Of a stretch of 64,000 bases of DNA, positions 26,600 through 35,868 are shown piece by piece. Under the pieces are notes generated by a model. The model made no database searches, was not told where the DNA came from, and saw nothing but the letters and a program-made list of their open reading frames with translations. This stretch comes from a bacterium (GTDB taxonomy: Bacteria > Chloroflexota > Dormibacteria > Aeolococcales > Bog-877). The stretch spans positions 2,630 through 66,629 of the forward strand of contig JAKABB010000003.1 in assembly GCA_021802045.1 (NCBI GenBank), in the 5' to 3' direction. Both the position numbers and the translations under genes were made by a program. Numbering within the stretch: the stretch's first letter is position 1; the number at the start of each line of letters is the position of its first letter.

Positions 26600-26628
26600 T
26601 TGACACGCCCTGGGACCGCCTCTAGACT
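26600..26628 (+). promoter_or_regulatory. Candidate sigma70/HrdB-type promoter (TTGACA-N17-TAGACT)
   Basis: The element has an exact TTGACA at 26600-26605, a 17-nt spacer and TAGACT at 26623-26628. It lies about 220 nt upstream of the permease start codon. Confidence 0.35.
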
Positions 26629-26852
26629 CCCGCCAACGGACAGGACCATTCCGCCGACGGCGGCGAAGGCGCATCCCCACTCATAGGCGCTGGGAGAAGC
26701 CATGCGCCGGATCCCCCGAGGCGTCAGGACGCCGGAGCCACCAACGGCGGCCAGAGGCACGCGCGCCGCGCTGGAGCGTTGAAGGCGGCTCGCCCGGGCC
26801 GGCGCTTGCTGGACGGCACCTGATACCAGGCCAAGTGGAGGAAGTCGAGGTG

Positions 26853-28409
26853 ATGGATCAGGCACCGGCGAAGACGGACACGGAGGTCCTTCACGAGCTG
26901 GGCTACGCCCAAGAGCTGCTGCGACGCATGAGCGGCTTCTCCAACTTCGCGGTGTCCTTCACGATCATCTCCATTCTCTCCGGGTGCCTCACGCTCTACG
27001 GGTACGCCATGGCTACCGGTGGGCCAGTGGACATGACCATTGGCTGGCCAGTGGTCGGAGTGTTCGTCCTTGTCGTCGGGTTGGGCATGGCGGAGGTCGC
27101 GTCCAGCTTTCCGACCGCTGGAGGCCTCTATTACTGGGCGGCGAAGTTGGGGGGCGAGCGCGGCCCAGCCTGGAGTTGGTTCACAGGCTGGTTCAACCTC
27201 CTGGGCCAGATCGGCATCACGGCGGGGATCGACTTCGGACTGGCCTTCTTCGCGTCGGCGCTCCTCAACCTGGAGTTCGGCTATCCAACCCATCCCATCA
27301 ACGTCATCCTCGTCTACGCGATCGTGCTGTTCATCCACGGCCTTCTCAACACCTTCGGCATCCGGCTGGTGTCGCTTCTGAACGACGTCAGCGTGTGGTG
27401 GCACCTGGGCGGCGTCCTCTTGATCGTGGCGGCTCTCACCTTCATCCCGCACCACCACCAGTCCGTCGCCTTCGTCTTCACCAAGACGGTCAACGAGACG
27501 GGGTGGGGGTCGATCGTCTATGTCATCCTGCTCGGACTGCTCCTGGCGCAGTACACCTTCACCGGATATGACGCGTCGGCCCACATGTCAGAGGAGACCA
27601 CCGGCGCCCAGCTCTCGGCGCCGCGGGGCATCGTGATGTCCATCGTGGTCTCCCTGGTGGCCGGCTGGATCCTGTTGGTCGGGCTGACCTTCGCGATCCA
27701 GCACTACCAGGCAGAGCTCACCTCCCCCACCGGCGTGCCGGCGGCGCAGATCTTCATCGACGCGGTCGGGCGCACGGGCGGGATGCTCCTGCTCCTGATC
27801 GTCGTCGGGGCCCAGTTCTTCTGTGGCATGTCGTCGGTCACCGCCAACTCCCGAATGATCTACGCCTTCTCGCGGGATGGGGCCGTTCCGGCTTCCGCCT
27901 TCTGGCACCGCATCAACAAGCGCACCCGCACCCCGACCAACTCGATCTGGCTGGCAACCGGGGGCGCCTTCATCCTCGGTCTGCCCTACTTGGTCAGCCC
28001 GACCGCATACGCGGCCGTCACCTCGATCGCCGTGATCGGCCTCTACATCGCCTATGTCATCCCCATCTTCCTGCGGCTGCGCTTGGGCGACCGCTTCGTC
28101 CGCGGCCCCTGGCACCTCGGTCGATGGAGCACGGCAGTGGGTGTGGTGGCCTGTGTGTGGGTGGTGTTCATCACCATCCTGTTCATCCTGCCCACGGTGT
28201 CCCCGGTGACCCCGGACAACTTCAACTACTCCGTGGTGGCCGTGGGCGCGGTGCTCCTGTTCTCCGGCGGTTGGTGGCTCCTGGGTGCGCGGCGCTGGTT
28301 CAAGGGCCCACGGCTGCAGGGCACGCCAGCGGAGTTGGCCGCCATCGAACGGGAGCTCGCTGGCATCGGGCAGGCGCTGCCGACCAGGCCACCGGACGCT
28401 ATCGGGTAG
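26853..28409 (+). CDS. APC-superfamily amino acid/amine permease
   Basis: This is a 12-TM protein with N-terminal motifs typical of amino-acid permeases (FSNFAVSFTIISILSG, EVASSFPTAGGLYYWA). I chose the ATG at 26853, which lies 11 nt after a GGAGGA SD. The track start at 26835 is GTG. Confidence 0.85.
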   Translation: MDQAPAKTDTEVLHELGYAQELLRRMSGFSNFAVSFTIISILSGCLTLYGYAMATGGPVDMTIGWPVVGVFVLVVGLGMAEVASSFPTAGGLYYWAAKLGGERGPAWSWFTGWFNLLGQIGITAGIDFGLAFFASALLNLEFGYPTHPINVILVYAIVLFIHGLLNTFGIRLVSLLNDVSVWWHLGGVLLIVAALTFIPHHHQSVAFVFTKTVNETGWGSIVYVILLGLLLAQYTFTGYDASAHMSEETTGAQLSAPRGIVMSIVVSLVAGWILLVGLTFAIQHYQAELTSPTGVPAAQIFIDAVGRTGGMLLLLIVVGAQFFCGMSSVTANSRMIYAFSRDGAVPASAFWHRINKRTRTPTNSIWLATGGAFILGLPYLVSPTAYAAVTSIAVIGLYIAYVIPIFLRLRLGDRFVRGPWHLGRWSTAVGVVACVWVVFITILFILPTVSPVTPDNFNYSVVAVGAVLLFSGGWWLLGARRWFKGPRLQGTPAELAAIERELAGIGQALPTRPPDAIG

Positions 28410-28430
28410 AGCCGCACTCGTCGAGAGGCT

Positions 28431-28458
28431 GGCGGCCCACCCGCGCCGGCGGGCCGCC
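28431..28458. terminator. GC-rich hairpin between convergent genes (possible bidirectional terminator)
   Basis: GGCGGCCC-(12 nt)-GGGCCGCC forms an 8-bp perfect stem. It lies 22 nt after the permease stop and about 100 nt from the aminotransferase stop. There is no U-tract. Confidence 0.3.
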
Positions 28459-28559
28459 GGCTGTCTGGTGCTGCTCTCACGCACCAGCGTGGGCGGCGGA
28501 ACGCGAGCCGCTGGCGGACTCGCCCGCCGCCCCCCCAGCGGCTCCCAAGGGGCGTGGCG

Positions 28560-29846
28560 TCACGCCGGGAGTCGGCCCTGCCCCAGGCTGACCGCCTCGC
28601 CGGGGCCGATGACAGCCCCCAGCGTCGCGAGAAGCCGGTCCACCTCGGCCGCCGTGTTGTAGTGGACCAGCCCCAGCCGAACGAGCCCGCCCGACTCCCG
28701 CAGGCCGAGCCGCTCGATCAGCGCCCGAGCATAGAAGTCCCCGTCCCACACGAAGATCCCACGCCGGCCCAGCGCCTCGGCGATCGACCGGGGATGGCGG
28801 CCGGCGACGGTGATGGCCACCGTGGGCGTCCGGTGGGCTGACCGGGCGGGATCGGCAATCCCCCAGACCCGCACCCCCGGCAGGGCCGTGAGCCCGGTCA
28901 ACAGCCGTTCGCAAAGGGCGGCCTCATACTCGCGGATGCGGTCCATAGCGCGCCGAAGCCCCTGGCGGCGGCCCGCCCCTGGCCGCCCAGCCTCCGGCTC
29001 CACCGGATCGGTGCCGATCGCCTCCAGATAGGCCAGGGCGGCCGCGAGCCCGGCCACCGCCGCATGGTTCTGCGTGCCGAGTTCCACGGGGTCTTCGGCC
29101 GGCCGCACCTTGTAAGTCGGCAGCTCGGCCAAGACCTCCTCCCTCGCCCACAGCACCCCGAGGTGGGGACCGAAGAACTTGTAGGCCGAGCACACGAGGA
29201 AGTCGCAACCCAGGGCCTGCACGTCGATCGGGCCGTGGGGAGCGTAGTGCACCGCGTCGACGTAGGTGAGCGCGCCCAGCCGCCGCGCCTGCCCGCAGAT
29301 CGCCGCCACGTCGTTGATCGTGCCAACGGCGTTGGAGGCGTACCCCACCGCGACCACGCGCGTGCGATCGGTCAGCTTGGCCTCCAGATCGAGGAGATCG
29401 AGGGTGCACTCCACAGGATCGACCTCCACCTTCACCACCCGCACCCCACGCTCCCCAAGAGCCTCCCACGGAGAGACATTGGCCTCGTGATCGAGCCCGG
29501 TCACCAGCACCTCATCCCCCGGACGCAGGGTCGCCCCGATGGCTCGGCTGAGAGCGAACGTGTGGGCGGTCATGTTGGCCGCGAACTTGATCCCAGCGGG
29601 GCCGGGGGCCCCGAGGAAATCCGCCAACGCCCGCCGGGTCTCCCTCAGGAGATCGTCGGTGCGGCGACTGGGCTCGAAGGCGCCCCCGGTGTTGCTGTTG
29701 CACTCCCGGTAGTAGGCGACGACCGCATCGATCACCCGCTGAGGGACCTGGGTGCCCCCGGGCCCGTCGAGGTAGACGGCGGGCGCACCTCCGACCTCCC
29801 TGCTCAGCGCCGGGAACTGACCGCGGACGGTCTCTGGATCGAACAC
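28560..29846 (-). CDS. Class-V aminotransferase, cysteine desulfurase-like (SufS/Csd subfamily)
   Basis: The N-terminus reads FPALSRE..VYLDGPGGTQVP. Motifs HEANVSPW, DAVHYAPHGPIDV and the PLP-lysine context CSAYKFFGPH are present. Confidence 0.85.
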   Translation of the reverse strand: MFDPETVRGQFPALSREVGGAPAVYLDGPGGTQVPQRVIDAVVAYYRECNSNTGGAFEPSRRTDDLLRETRRALADFLGAPGPAGIKFAANMTAHTFALSRAIGATLRPGDEVLVTGLDHEANVSPWEALGERGVRVVKVEVDPVECTLDLLDLEAKLTDRTRVVAVGYASNAVGTINDVAAICGQARRLGALTYVDAVHYAPHGPIDVQALGCDFLVCSAYKFFGPHLGVLWAREEVLAELPTYKVRPAEDPVELGTQNHAAVAGLAAALAYLEAIGTDPVEPEAGRPGAGRRQGLRRAMDRIREYEAALCERLLTGLTALPGVRVWGIADPARSAHRTPTVAITVAGRHPRSIAEALGRRGIFVWDGDFYARALIERLGLRESGGLVRLGLVHYNTAAEVDRLLATLGAVIGPGEAVSLGQGRLPA

Positions 29847-30222
29847 TGGCGAGCACCTCCATCACGTCGGCCGCATCCGGCGGCGCATCGGACGCCATCC
29901 CCAGCGCGGGCCCATGGTGTCGATTCTGCCAGCGCCCACTCCCCCGCAATGTAGGCCCCGCCCGTTGCCAGGCTCGTCCACCGGTGGGCGGACCCGCTCA
30001 CGGCGCCCGGACCAAGCCCCTCCGGACACTCGCCGCCAGCGCGATCGTCGCCAGGCCGCACCCGGCCCGTGCCACCCCGCCTGGGCGTTGTGCCTCCCGG
30101 CCGGAGCGGACGCCGACCCCGATCCGTGACAATCGGCATCGGCCGGGTTTCGATCCCGACCCCACCTACCCCGGTGACGAGGGGGATCGGGCCACCAGCC
30201 TGCGGTAGTCGGGAGGGCGGTG

Positions 30223-31170
30223 ATGCGAGCGGCCATTCTTCGGGCCTACGGCGCCACCCCGGAGATCGGAGAGTTCCCCGAGCCCGGGGTTCCCGACATC
30301 GGACAGGTCGCGGTGGACGTGGTGGTGGCCGGCCTGAACCCGGTCGACGTGTCACTGGCCAGCGGCGTCTTCTACGCTGGGCCCCCGCCGGTGCCCTCGG
30401 TCGTCGGGCGGGAGGGAGTCGGACGCACCGCAGGCGGACACCTGGTCTACTTCGACGGGCCCATCGCCCCCTTCGGATCGTGCGCCGAACGGGCGCTCAT
30501 CGATGCCACCGCCCAATTCCCGGTGCCCGACGGGCTCGATCCGGCGATCGCGGTCTGCCTTGGCATCTCGGGACTCGCCGCGTGGCTGGCGTTGGAGTGG
30601 CGGGCCCGGGTCCAGCCGGGCGAAACGGTCCTGGTCCTCGGCGCCAGTGGGGTGGTGGGACTGATCGCGGTGCAGGCGGCGCGCCTCCTCGGGGCCGGCC
30701 GAGTTGTGGCCGCCGCCCGCAGTGCCAGCGGGCTGGAGCGGGCGCGAGCGGCCGGCGCGGATGCCACGGTCCGGCTCGGCCAACCGGGCGACCTCCCGGA
30801 CGCCCTGCGCGCCGCCGCTCACGGCGGGGCCGATGTCCTGATCGACCCGCTCTGGGGAGAGCCGGCAGCGGCGGCCCTGGAAGCCCTGAACCCCGGTGGG
30901 CGGGCGGTCCAGCTTGGGCAGGCTGCTGGACCGTCGGCCACGCTGACCTCCAGCACCATCCGGGGACGCATGCTGACCATCCTTGGGCACACGAACTTCG
31001 CGGCCCCGGTGGACGTCAAGGCGGCGGCTTTTGGTCGCATGGCGGCGCACGCGCTGGCCGGCGAGCTCACCGTCGAGGTCGAGCGGCTCCCCCTCGCGGA
31101 GATCGGGGACGCCTGGGCCCGTCTCCAGCGCAGCGCCAATCGCAAACTGGTGCTCGTCCCGGGCAACTGA
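30223..31170 (+). CDS. Zinc-type alcohol dehydrogenase-like quinone oxidoreductase (MDR superfamily)
   Basis: Motifs MRAAIL, VAGLNPVD and the nucleotide-binding VLVLGASGVVG are present. The protein is ~315 aa with no structural-zinc Cys cluster. The ATG lies 5 nt after a GGGAGGG SD. Confidence 0.8.
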   Translation: MRAAILRAYGATPEIGEFPEPGVPDIGQVAVDVVVAGLNPVDVSLASGVFYAGPPPVPSVVGREGVGRTAGGHLVYFDGPIAPFGSCAERALIDATAQFPVPDGLDPAIAVCLGISGLAAWLALEWRARVQPGETVLVLGASGVVGLIAVQAARLLGAGRVVAAARSASGLERARAAGADATVRLGQPGDLPDALRAAAHGGADVLIDPLWGEPAAAALEALNPGGRAVQLGQAAGPSATLTSSTIRGRMLTILGHTNFAAPVDVKAAAFGRMAAHALAGELTVEVERLPLAEIGDAWARLQRSANRKLVLVPGN

Positions 31171-31553
31171 CCCCCACCCCGGCGCCGCGCTCGGGATCGG
31201 GATCCGGTCGGGCCCACGCCACCCGACCCCGTGGATCTGGACGCGCCGCCGCCGGCGCGGCGCGGGGCCTCGTGCCGACGCCTCCATGCCATCTCCCCTA
31301 CCCGAGCCTGCAGCAGCCGGGACCAGGCCGCGCAGGTTCGCAGCCCCGCAAATCGCACACCGGTGACGCAGCCCAGCGACACCGAGAGGCCAGGCCGCTC
31401 CGATCGGCCCAGTCTCCGCAGGTGGCGCCCGATTCCCGGGCGACCAGCCGCTCTCTGGCGCTCTCATAGGCCATAACGTCCAACGCAGGCCGCACAGATT
31501 TCGACCGGCCATCGAAGCCCCTTTGGACGTCGAGTCTCTATCGTTGGAGCTGC

Positions 31554-32801
31554 ATGGGTAGTGAGCGGGTCGTCGTCACCGGACTGGGGTTTGTCACCCC
31601 CATGGGCAACGACATCGAGACGGTCTGGAGCAATCTGGTCGCCGGTCGCTCCGGGGTGGGTCCCTTGACCCGGTTCGACGCCTCGGCCTACCCCACCCGG
31701 ATCGCAGCCGAGGTCCGGGACTTCACCGCTGAGGAGTACATGGACCGCAAGACGGCCCGGCACGCCTCTCGCTACTGCCGGTACGCGCTGGCGGCGACCC
31801 GACAGGCGCTGGACCACGCGGCCCTTGACCCCTCCGGCCTCGACCCAGACGCCGTCGGGGTGCTCCTCTCGTCGGCAGTGGGGGGGATGGAGGAGATCGA
31901 ACGAGGTCAGACCACCCTCCTGGCGCGGGGTCCGCGATGGATCAGCCCCTTCACCACGCCGATGATGATCGCGGACATGGCCGCGGGGATGATCGCCATC
32001 CACTTCCGGGCCGGGGGGCCGAACTTCGCCGTGGTCAGCGCCTGTGCCTCCAGCGCCCACGGGATCGGTGAGGCTGCCGAGATCATCCGCCGGGGCCAGG
32101 CCGCGGCGATGATCGCTGGAGGGGCGGAGGCGGCCATCACCCCGCTGACGATGGCCGCCTTCTGCCAGATCCAGGCGGTCAGCCAGCGCAACGACGACCC
32201 CACCGGGGCCTGCCAGCCCTTCAACCTCGGCCGGGACGGATTCGTGATGGGCGAAGGGGCGGTGGTCCTGATCCTGGAGGCGGCCGAGCACGCGGCCATG
32301 CGCGGGGCCCGAGCGCTGGCCGAGATCGTGGGCTACGGCGCCACGGCCGACATGCACCACTTCACGGCTCCCGAGCCCGAGGGCCGCGGCGCCGCCCGGT
32401 CCATGCAGCAGGCCCTGGCCCGCTCGGGGCTCGCCCCGAGCGACGTCGGCTACATCAACGCCCATGGCACCTCGACCAAGCTCGGGGACATCGCCGAAAC
32501 CAAGGCCATCCGCACGGTCTTCGGGGCCCACGCCGGGCGGCTCGCGGTCAGCTCCACCAAGTCCATGTCAGGGCACATGCTGGGGGCCGCCGGCGCGTTC
32601 GAGGCCGCAGCCACCGTGCTGGCCCTGGATCGGGGCGTCCTGCCGCCCACGATCAACCTCGACGACCGCGACCCCGAGTGCGACCTCGACTACGTGCCCA
32701 ACCAAGCCCGCCCGGTCCGGGTGGACCTCGCGCTCAGCAACTCGTTCGGATTCGGAGGCCACAATGCCTGTCTTGCGATTCGCCGCGCCGATGCCGCCTA
32801 G
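31554..32801 (+). CDS. fabF: Beta-ketoacyl-ACP synthase II
   Basis: Motifs RVVVTGLGFVTPMGN, the active-site VVSACASSAH, NAHGTSTKLGD and NSFGFGGHNA are present. Confidence 0.93.
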   Translation: MGSERVVVTGLGFVTPMGNDIETVWSNLVAGRSGVGPLTRFDASAYPTRIAAEVRDFTAEEYMDRKTARHASRYCRYALAATRQALDHAALDPSGLDPDAVGVLLSSAVGGMEEIERGQTTLLARGPRWISPFTTPMMIADMAAGMIAIHFRAGGPNFAVVSACASSAHGIGEAAEIIRRGQAAAMIAGGAEAAITPLTMAAFCQIQAVSQRNDDPTGACQPFNLGRDGFVMGEGAVVLILEAAEHAAMRGARALAEIVGYGATADMHHFTAPEPEGRGAARSMQQALARSGLAPSDVGYINAHGTSTKLGDIAETKAIRTVFGAHAGRLAVSSTKSMSGHMLGAAGAFEAAATVLALDRGVLPPTINLDDRDPECDLDYVPNQARPVRVDLALSNSFGFGGHNACLAIRRADAA

Positions 32802-32807
32802 GGGGGT

Positions 32808-33104
32808 TTGACCACCGTGAGCACCGACCTCGACTTCCGCCAGCTGCAGGAGCTGGCCGCTGAGATTCTGGGCACGGACCCAGAGAAGGTGCAACTCGAC
32901 GTGAGCTTCGCCCGCGACCTGGCCGCCGACTCCCTTGACCTCGTCGAACTCATCATGGCGATCGAGGAGACCTACGGGGTCAAGCTGCCCGAGGAGGAGC
33001 TGGCCCGCATGCATCAGATCAAAGACCTCTGGGCCTACCTCCAGGCCCACGAGGCCTCCGCCAGCGGGGAACCACCAGCCGCCTCCGCCAGCGCGGCCTC
33101 GTGA
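32808..33104 (+). CDS. acpP: Acyl carrier protein with an Ala/Ser/Pro-rich C-terminal tail
   Basis: The phosphopantetheine site is LAADSLDLVELIMAIEE. The start is either TTG 32808 or GTG 32817. About 20 residues (HEASASGEPPAASASAAS) extend beyond the usual ACP end. Confidence 0.85.
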   Translation: MTTVSTDLDFRQLQELAAEILGTDPEKVQLDVSFARDLAADSLDLVELIMAIEETYGVKLPEEELARMHQIKDLWAYLQAHEASASGEPPAASASAAS

Positions 33105-33129
33105 CGGGCACCCCTCCAGCGATCCGCCA

Positions 33130-34074
33130 ATGACCGTCGCGCTGGCCGACCCGGTGGCGCTCCTCTTCCCCGGGCAGGGGGTGCAGCGGGCAGGGATGGG
33201 TCGCAAGCTGTACGACCGCTACCCGCTGGCGCGCACGATCTTCGAGCGGGCCAGCGATGTCCTCCACCTGCCCATGGCACGGCTGTGCCTGGAGGGTCCG
33301 ACCGAGGAGCTGAACCGCACCGAAAACCTCCAGCCGGCGGTTCTCACCGTCAGCTGGGCGGCGCACGAGGTCTTCCGCCAGGAACGATCGGCGGCCCGCG
33401 TGTCGGTCGTGGCCGGGCACAGCCTGGGGGAGCTCGCGGCGCTGGCGGCGGCCGGAGCCCTGCCCTGGGAGACAACCCTCCAGCTGGTCCGAGCCCGGGG
33501 CGAGCTGATGGCGGCGGCCGCAGCCGACCGCCCCGGCGGCATGCTGGCCATCGTCGGCCTGCCTGAGCGCGCCATCAGGGAGCTGCAGGCGGCGACGGTG
33601 GCGACCGGCCAGCTCTGGGTGGCCAACCACAACGCCCACGAGCAGTTCGTCCTGAGCGGCGAGGGCCCCGCGATCCGGGCGGCGGAGCAGCTGGCCCTGG
33701 GCATGGGGGCGCGCCGGGCCCTCATCCTCGCCATCCCGCTCCCCGCCCACTGCCCGCTGATGGAGCGTGCGGCCGCGGCCTTCGCCGTGCTGGTCGAGCG
33801 CCTGCCCATCAGCGCCCCCCTGGTTCCGGTGCTGGCCAATGCCAACGCCCGAGCGCTGACCACGGCAGCGGCCCTGCGGCGCGAACTGTCCGGGCACCTG
33901 CGCCGGCCGGTGGAGTGGGCCCGTACCATGCTGGCGATGCAGCGGATGTCCATCCACACCGTGGTGGAGCTCGGACCGGGCCGGGTCCTGGCCAGCCTGG
34001 CGGCCAAGTACATGCCGGGGGTCGAGACCTGGAACGCCGACGAACTGCTCGTGGACTTCGCCGAACCGGCGTGA
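33130..34074 (+). CDS. fabD: Malonyl-CoA:ACP transacylase
   Basis: Motifs LLFPGQGVQRAGMG and the active-site GHSLGELAAL are present. I chose the start MTVALADP. The track ORF starts earlier, at 32935, inside the acp gene. Confidence 0.9.
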   Translation: MTVALADPVALLFPGQGVQRAGMGRKLYDRYPLARTIFERASDVLHLPMARLCLEGPTEELNRTENLQPAVLTVSWAAHEVFRQERSAARVSVVAGHSLGELAALAAAGALPWETTLQLVRARGELMAAAAADRPGGMLAIVGLPERAIRELQAATVATGQLWVANHNAHEQFVLSGEGPAIRAAEQLALGMGARRALILAIPLPAHCPLMERAAAAFAVLVERLPISAPLVPVLANANARALTTAAALRRELSGHLRRPVEWARTMLAMQRMSIHTVVELGPGRVLASLAAKYMPGVETWNADELLVDFAEPA

Positions 34075-34802
34075 GCCTGGAGCTGGAGGGGCGGACCGCA
34101 CTGGTCACCGGTGGGGGCAAGGGGATCGGCCGGGCCATCAGCCTCCAGCTGGGAGCGATGGGCGCCCGGGTGATCGTCAACTTCCACCGGGACCGGGCTG
34201 CCGCCGAGGAGACCGCCGCCATGCTGAGCGGCGCCACGGTGGCCCAGGCCGATGTGGGCGACCCCGCCCAGGTGGCCGCCATGGTCGGCGCTGCCGGACC
34301 CGTCAGCATCCTGGTCAACAACGCTGGGGCGGTCCGGGACGGCCTCATCCTGCGGATGACGGCCGCCGACTGGGACGACATCATCCGCACTGACCTGACC
34401 GCCGCCTTCCACACCACCAAGGCCTGCCTGCCCGCCATGCTCCGGGCTCGCTGGGGCCGCATCGTCAACATGTCCTCGATCGTGGGCCTCGGGGGCAACG
34501 CTGGCCAGGCGAACTACGCGGCGGCCAAGGCCGGGCTGATCGGGCTGACCCGGGCTACCGCCAAGGAGATCGGCTCGCGCCAGATCACCTGCAACGCGGT
34601 CGCACCCGGCTACGTGCGCACCGAGCTGACCCAGGCCAGCCTCACCGAGGAGCTGATGGCGGCCCTGGTCGCCCGGACGCCCCTACGCCGCGAGGGCACC
34701 ACCGAGGAGATCGCCGCCGCGGTGGCGTTCCTCTGTAGCCCCCAAGCCGGCTTCATCACCGGCCAGGTGCTGGTGGTCGATGGCGGCCTCTCGCTGGGCT
34801 GA
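34071..34802 (+). CDS. fabG: 3-oxoacyl-ACP reductase (SDR)
   Basis: Motifs ALVTGGGKGIG, NNAG and YAAAKAG are present. The GTG start overlaps the fabD stop (GTGA). Confidence 0.9.
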   Translation: MSLELEGRTALVTGGGKGIGRAISLQLGAMGARVIVNFHRDRAAAEETAAMLSGATVAQADVGDPAQVAAMVGAAGPVSILVNNAGAVRDGLILRMTAADWDDIIRTDLTAAFHTTKACLPAMLRARWGRIVNMSSIVGLGGNAGQANYAAAKAGLIGLTRATAKEIGSRQITCNAVAPGYVRTELTQASLTEELMAALVARTPLRREGTTEEIAAAVAFLCSPQAGFITGQVLVVDGGLSLG

Positions 34803-34817
34803 CCGACCGGGCCGCGA

Positions 34818-35822
34818 CTAGCTGGCCAGCGCGGCCCGGATGGACTGCGTCAGCGACCGGGTGCTGGCGGTGACGGCCGTGGGCTCGTAGCCGCAGTGCG
34901 CCATGCAGTTGGCGCAGCGAGGGTTGCGGCCCCGGCCGTACTGGTCCCAGTCGGTGGTCTCCAGCAGCTCGCGGTAGGAGGAGGCATAGCCGTCGGCAAG
35001 CAGATAGCAGGGCCGCTGCCAGCCCAGCACCGAGTACGACGGGATCCCCCAGGCGGTGCAGGTGAAGTCGACCTTCCCCTCCAGGAAGTCGAGGTAGAGG
35101 GGCGAGTGGTTGAGGCGCCACCTCTGGCGGCGGCCCTCCGCGAAGGCCTCGCGGAAGAGGGCGCGGGTCCGCTCGACGCCGAGGAAGTGCTCTTGGTCCG
35201 GGGCCCGATCGTAAGCGTAGCCAGGGGCGATCTGCATGGTGTCGACCTGCAGCTCGTCGTTGAGGAAGTCCAGGACCTCGCGCACGGTACGGGCGCTGTC
35301 CTGGAGGAAGAAGGTGGTATTGGTCGTGACCCGGAAGCCGCGACGCTGGGCCTCTCGGACGGCCGCCACCGCCTTGTCGAAGACCCCGCGCCGGCACACC
35401 GACTGGTCGTGGCGCTCGCGCAGCCCGTCCAGGTGGATCGACCAGGCGAAGTAGGGGCTGGGCTTGAACTTGTCCAGCTTGCGCTCCATCAGGATGGCGT
35501 TGGTGCACAGGTAGACGAAGCGTTTGCGCTCGACCAGGGCCGCCGTGATCTGGTCGATCTCCCGGTGGACCAGCGGTTCGCCCCCGGCGATCGACACCAC
35601 CGGGGCGCCGCACTCCTCAGCCGCGTCGATGCACTGCTGAACGCTCAGCCGGCGGGCCAGGATGGCGTCCGGCTGCTGGATCTTGCCGCAGCCGGCGCAC
35701 TTCAGGTTGCACTGGTAGAGCGGCTCCAACTGGAGCACCAGGGGGTACTTCTCCACCCGCCGCAGGCGTTGCCGGGCAATGTAGGCTCCGATCCGCAGCT
35801 TCTGGCGCACGGGGATGGACAT
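34818..35822 (-). CDS. hpnH: HpnH-family radical SAM enzyme (adenosyl-hopene transferase)
   Basis: The radical-SAM motif is CNLKCAGCGK. Long stretches match what I remember of HpnH (SVQQCIDAAEECGAPVVSIAGGEPL, FVYLCTNA, WRLNHSPLYLDFLEGKVDFTCTAWGIPSYSVLGWQRPCYLL, RCANCMAHCGYEP). I chose the ATG at 35822 after a GAGG SD. Confidence 0.85.
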   Translation of the reverse strand: MSIPVRQKLRIGAYIARQRLRRVEKYPLVLQLEPLYQCNLKCAGCGKIQQPDAILARRLSVQQCIDAAEECGAPVVSIAGGEPLVHREIDQITAALVERKRFVYLCTNAILMERKLDKFKPSPYFAWSIHLDGLRERHDQSVCRRGVFDKAVAAVREAQRRGFRVTTNTTFFLQDSARTVREVLDFLNDELQVDTMQIAPGYAYDRAPDQEHFLGVERTRALFREAFAEGRRQRWRLNHSPLYLDFLEGKVDFTCTAWGIPSYSVLGWQRPCYLLADGYASSYRELLETTDWDQYGRGRNPRCANCMAHCGYEPTAVTASTRSLTQSIRAALAS

Positions 35823-35847
35823 GAGGGACCTCGTCACGGGCCTCCGG

Positions 35848-35868
35848 GGTTCAGGACTACCCTGAACC
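35848..35868. promoter_or_regulatory. Perfect dyad GGTTCAGG-N5-CCTGAACC (candidate MerR-family operator)
   Basis: This is an 8-bp perfect inverted repeat with a 5-nt spacer. It lies centrally in the 56-71-bp divergent hpnH/merR intergenic region. Confidence 0.4.

Noticed and set aside
26634-26852. Glycine, TPP, lysine or guanidine-I riboswitch in the permease leader
   Set aside because: Fragments such as GGGAGAAG, TCAGGAC and ACCTGATACCAGG superficially resemble parts of the glycine and TPP cores. The full conserved cores and helices are not present when read through. An Infernal scan is needed before naming any class.
26724-27584. A 286-aa acidic/His-rich ORF antisense to the permease
   Set aside because: It overlaps the well-supported 12-TM permease gene completely. 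Its composition (runs of D/E/R/H/G) is not protein-like.
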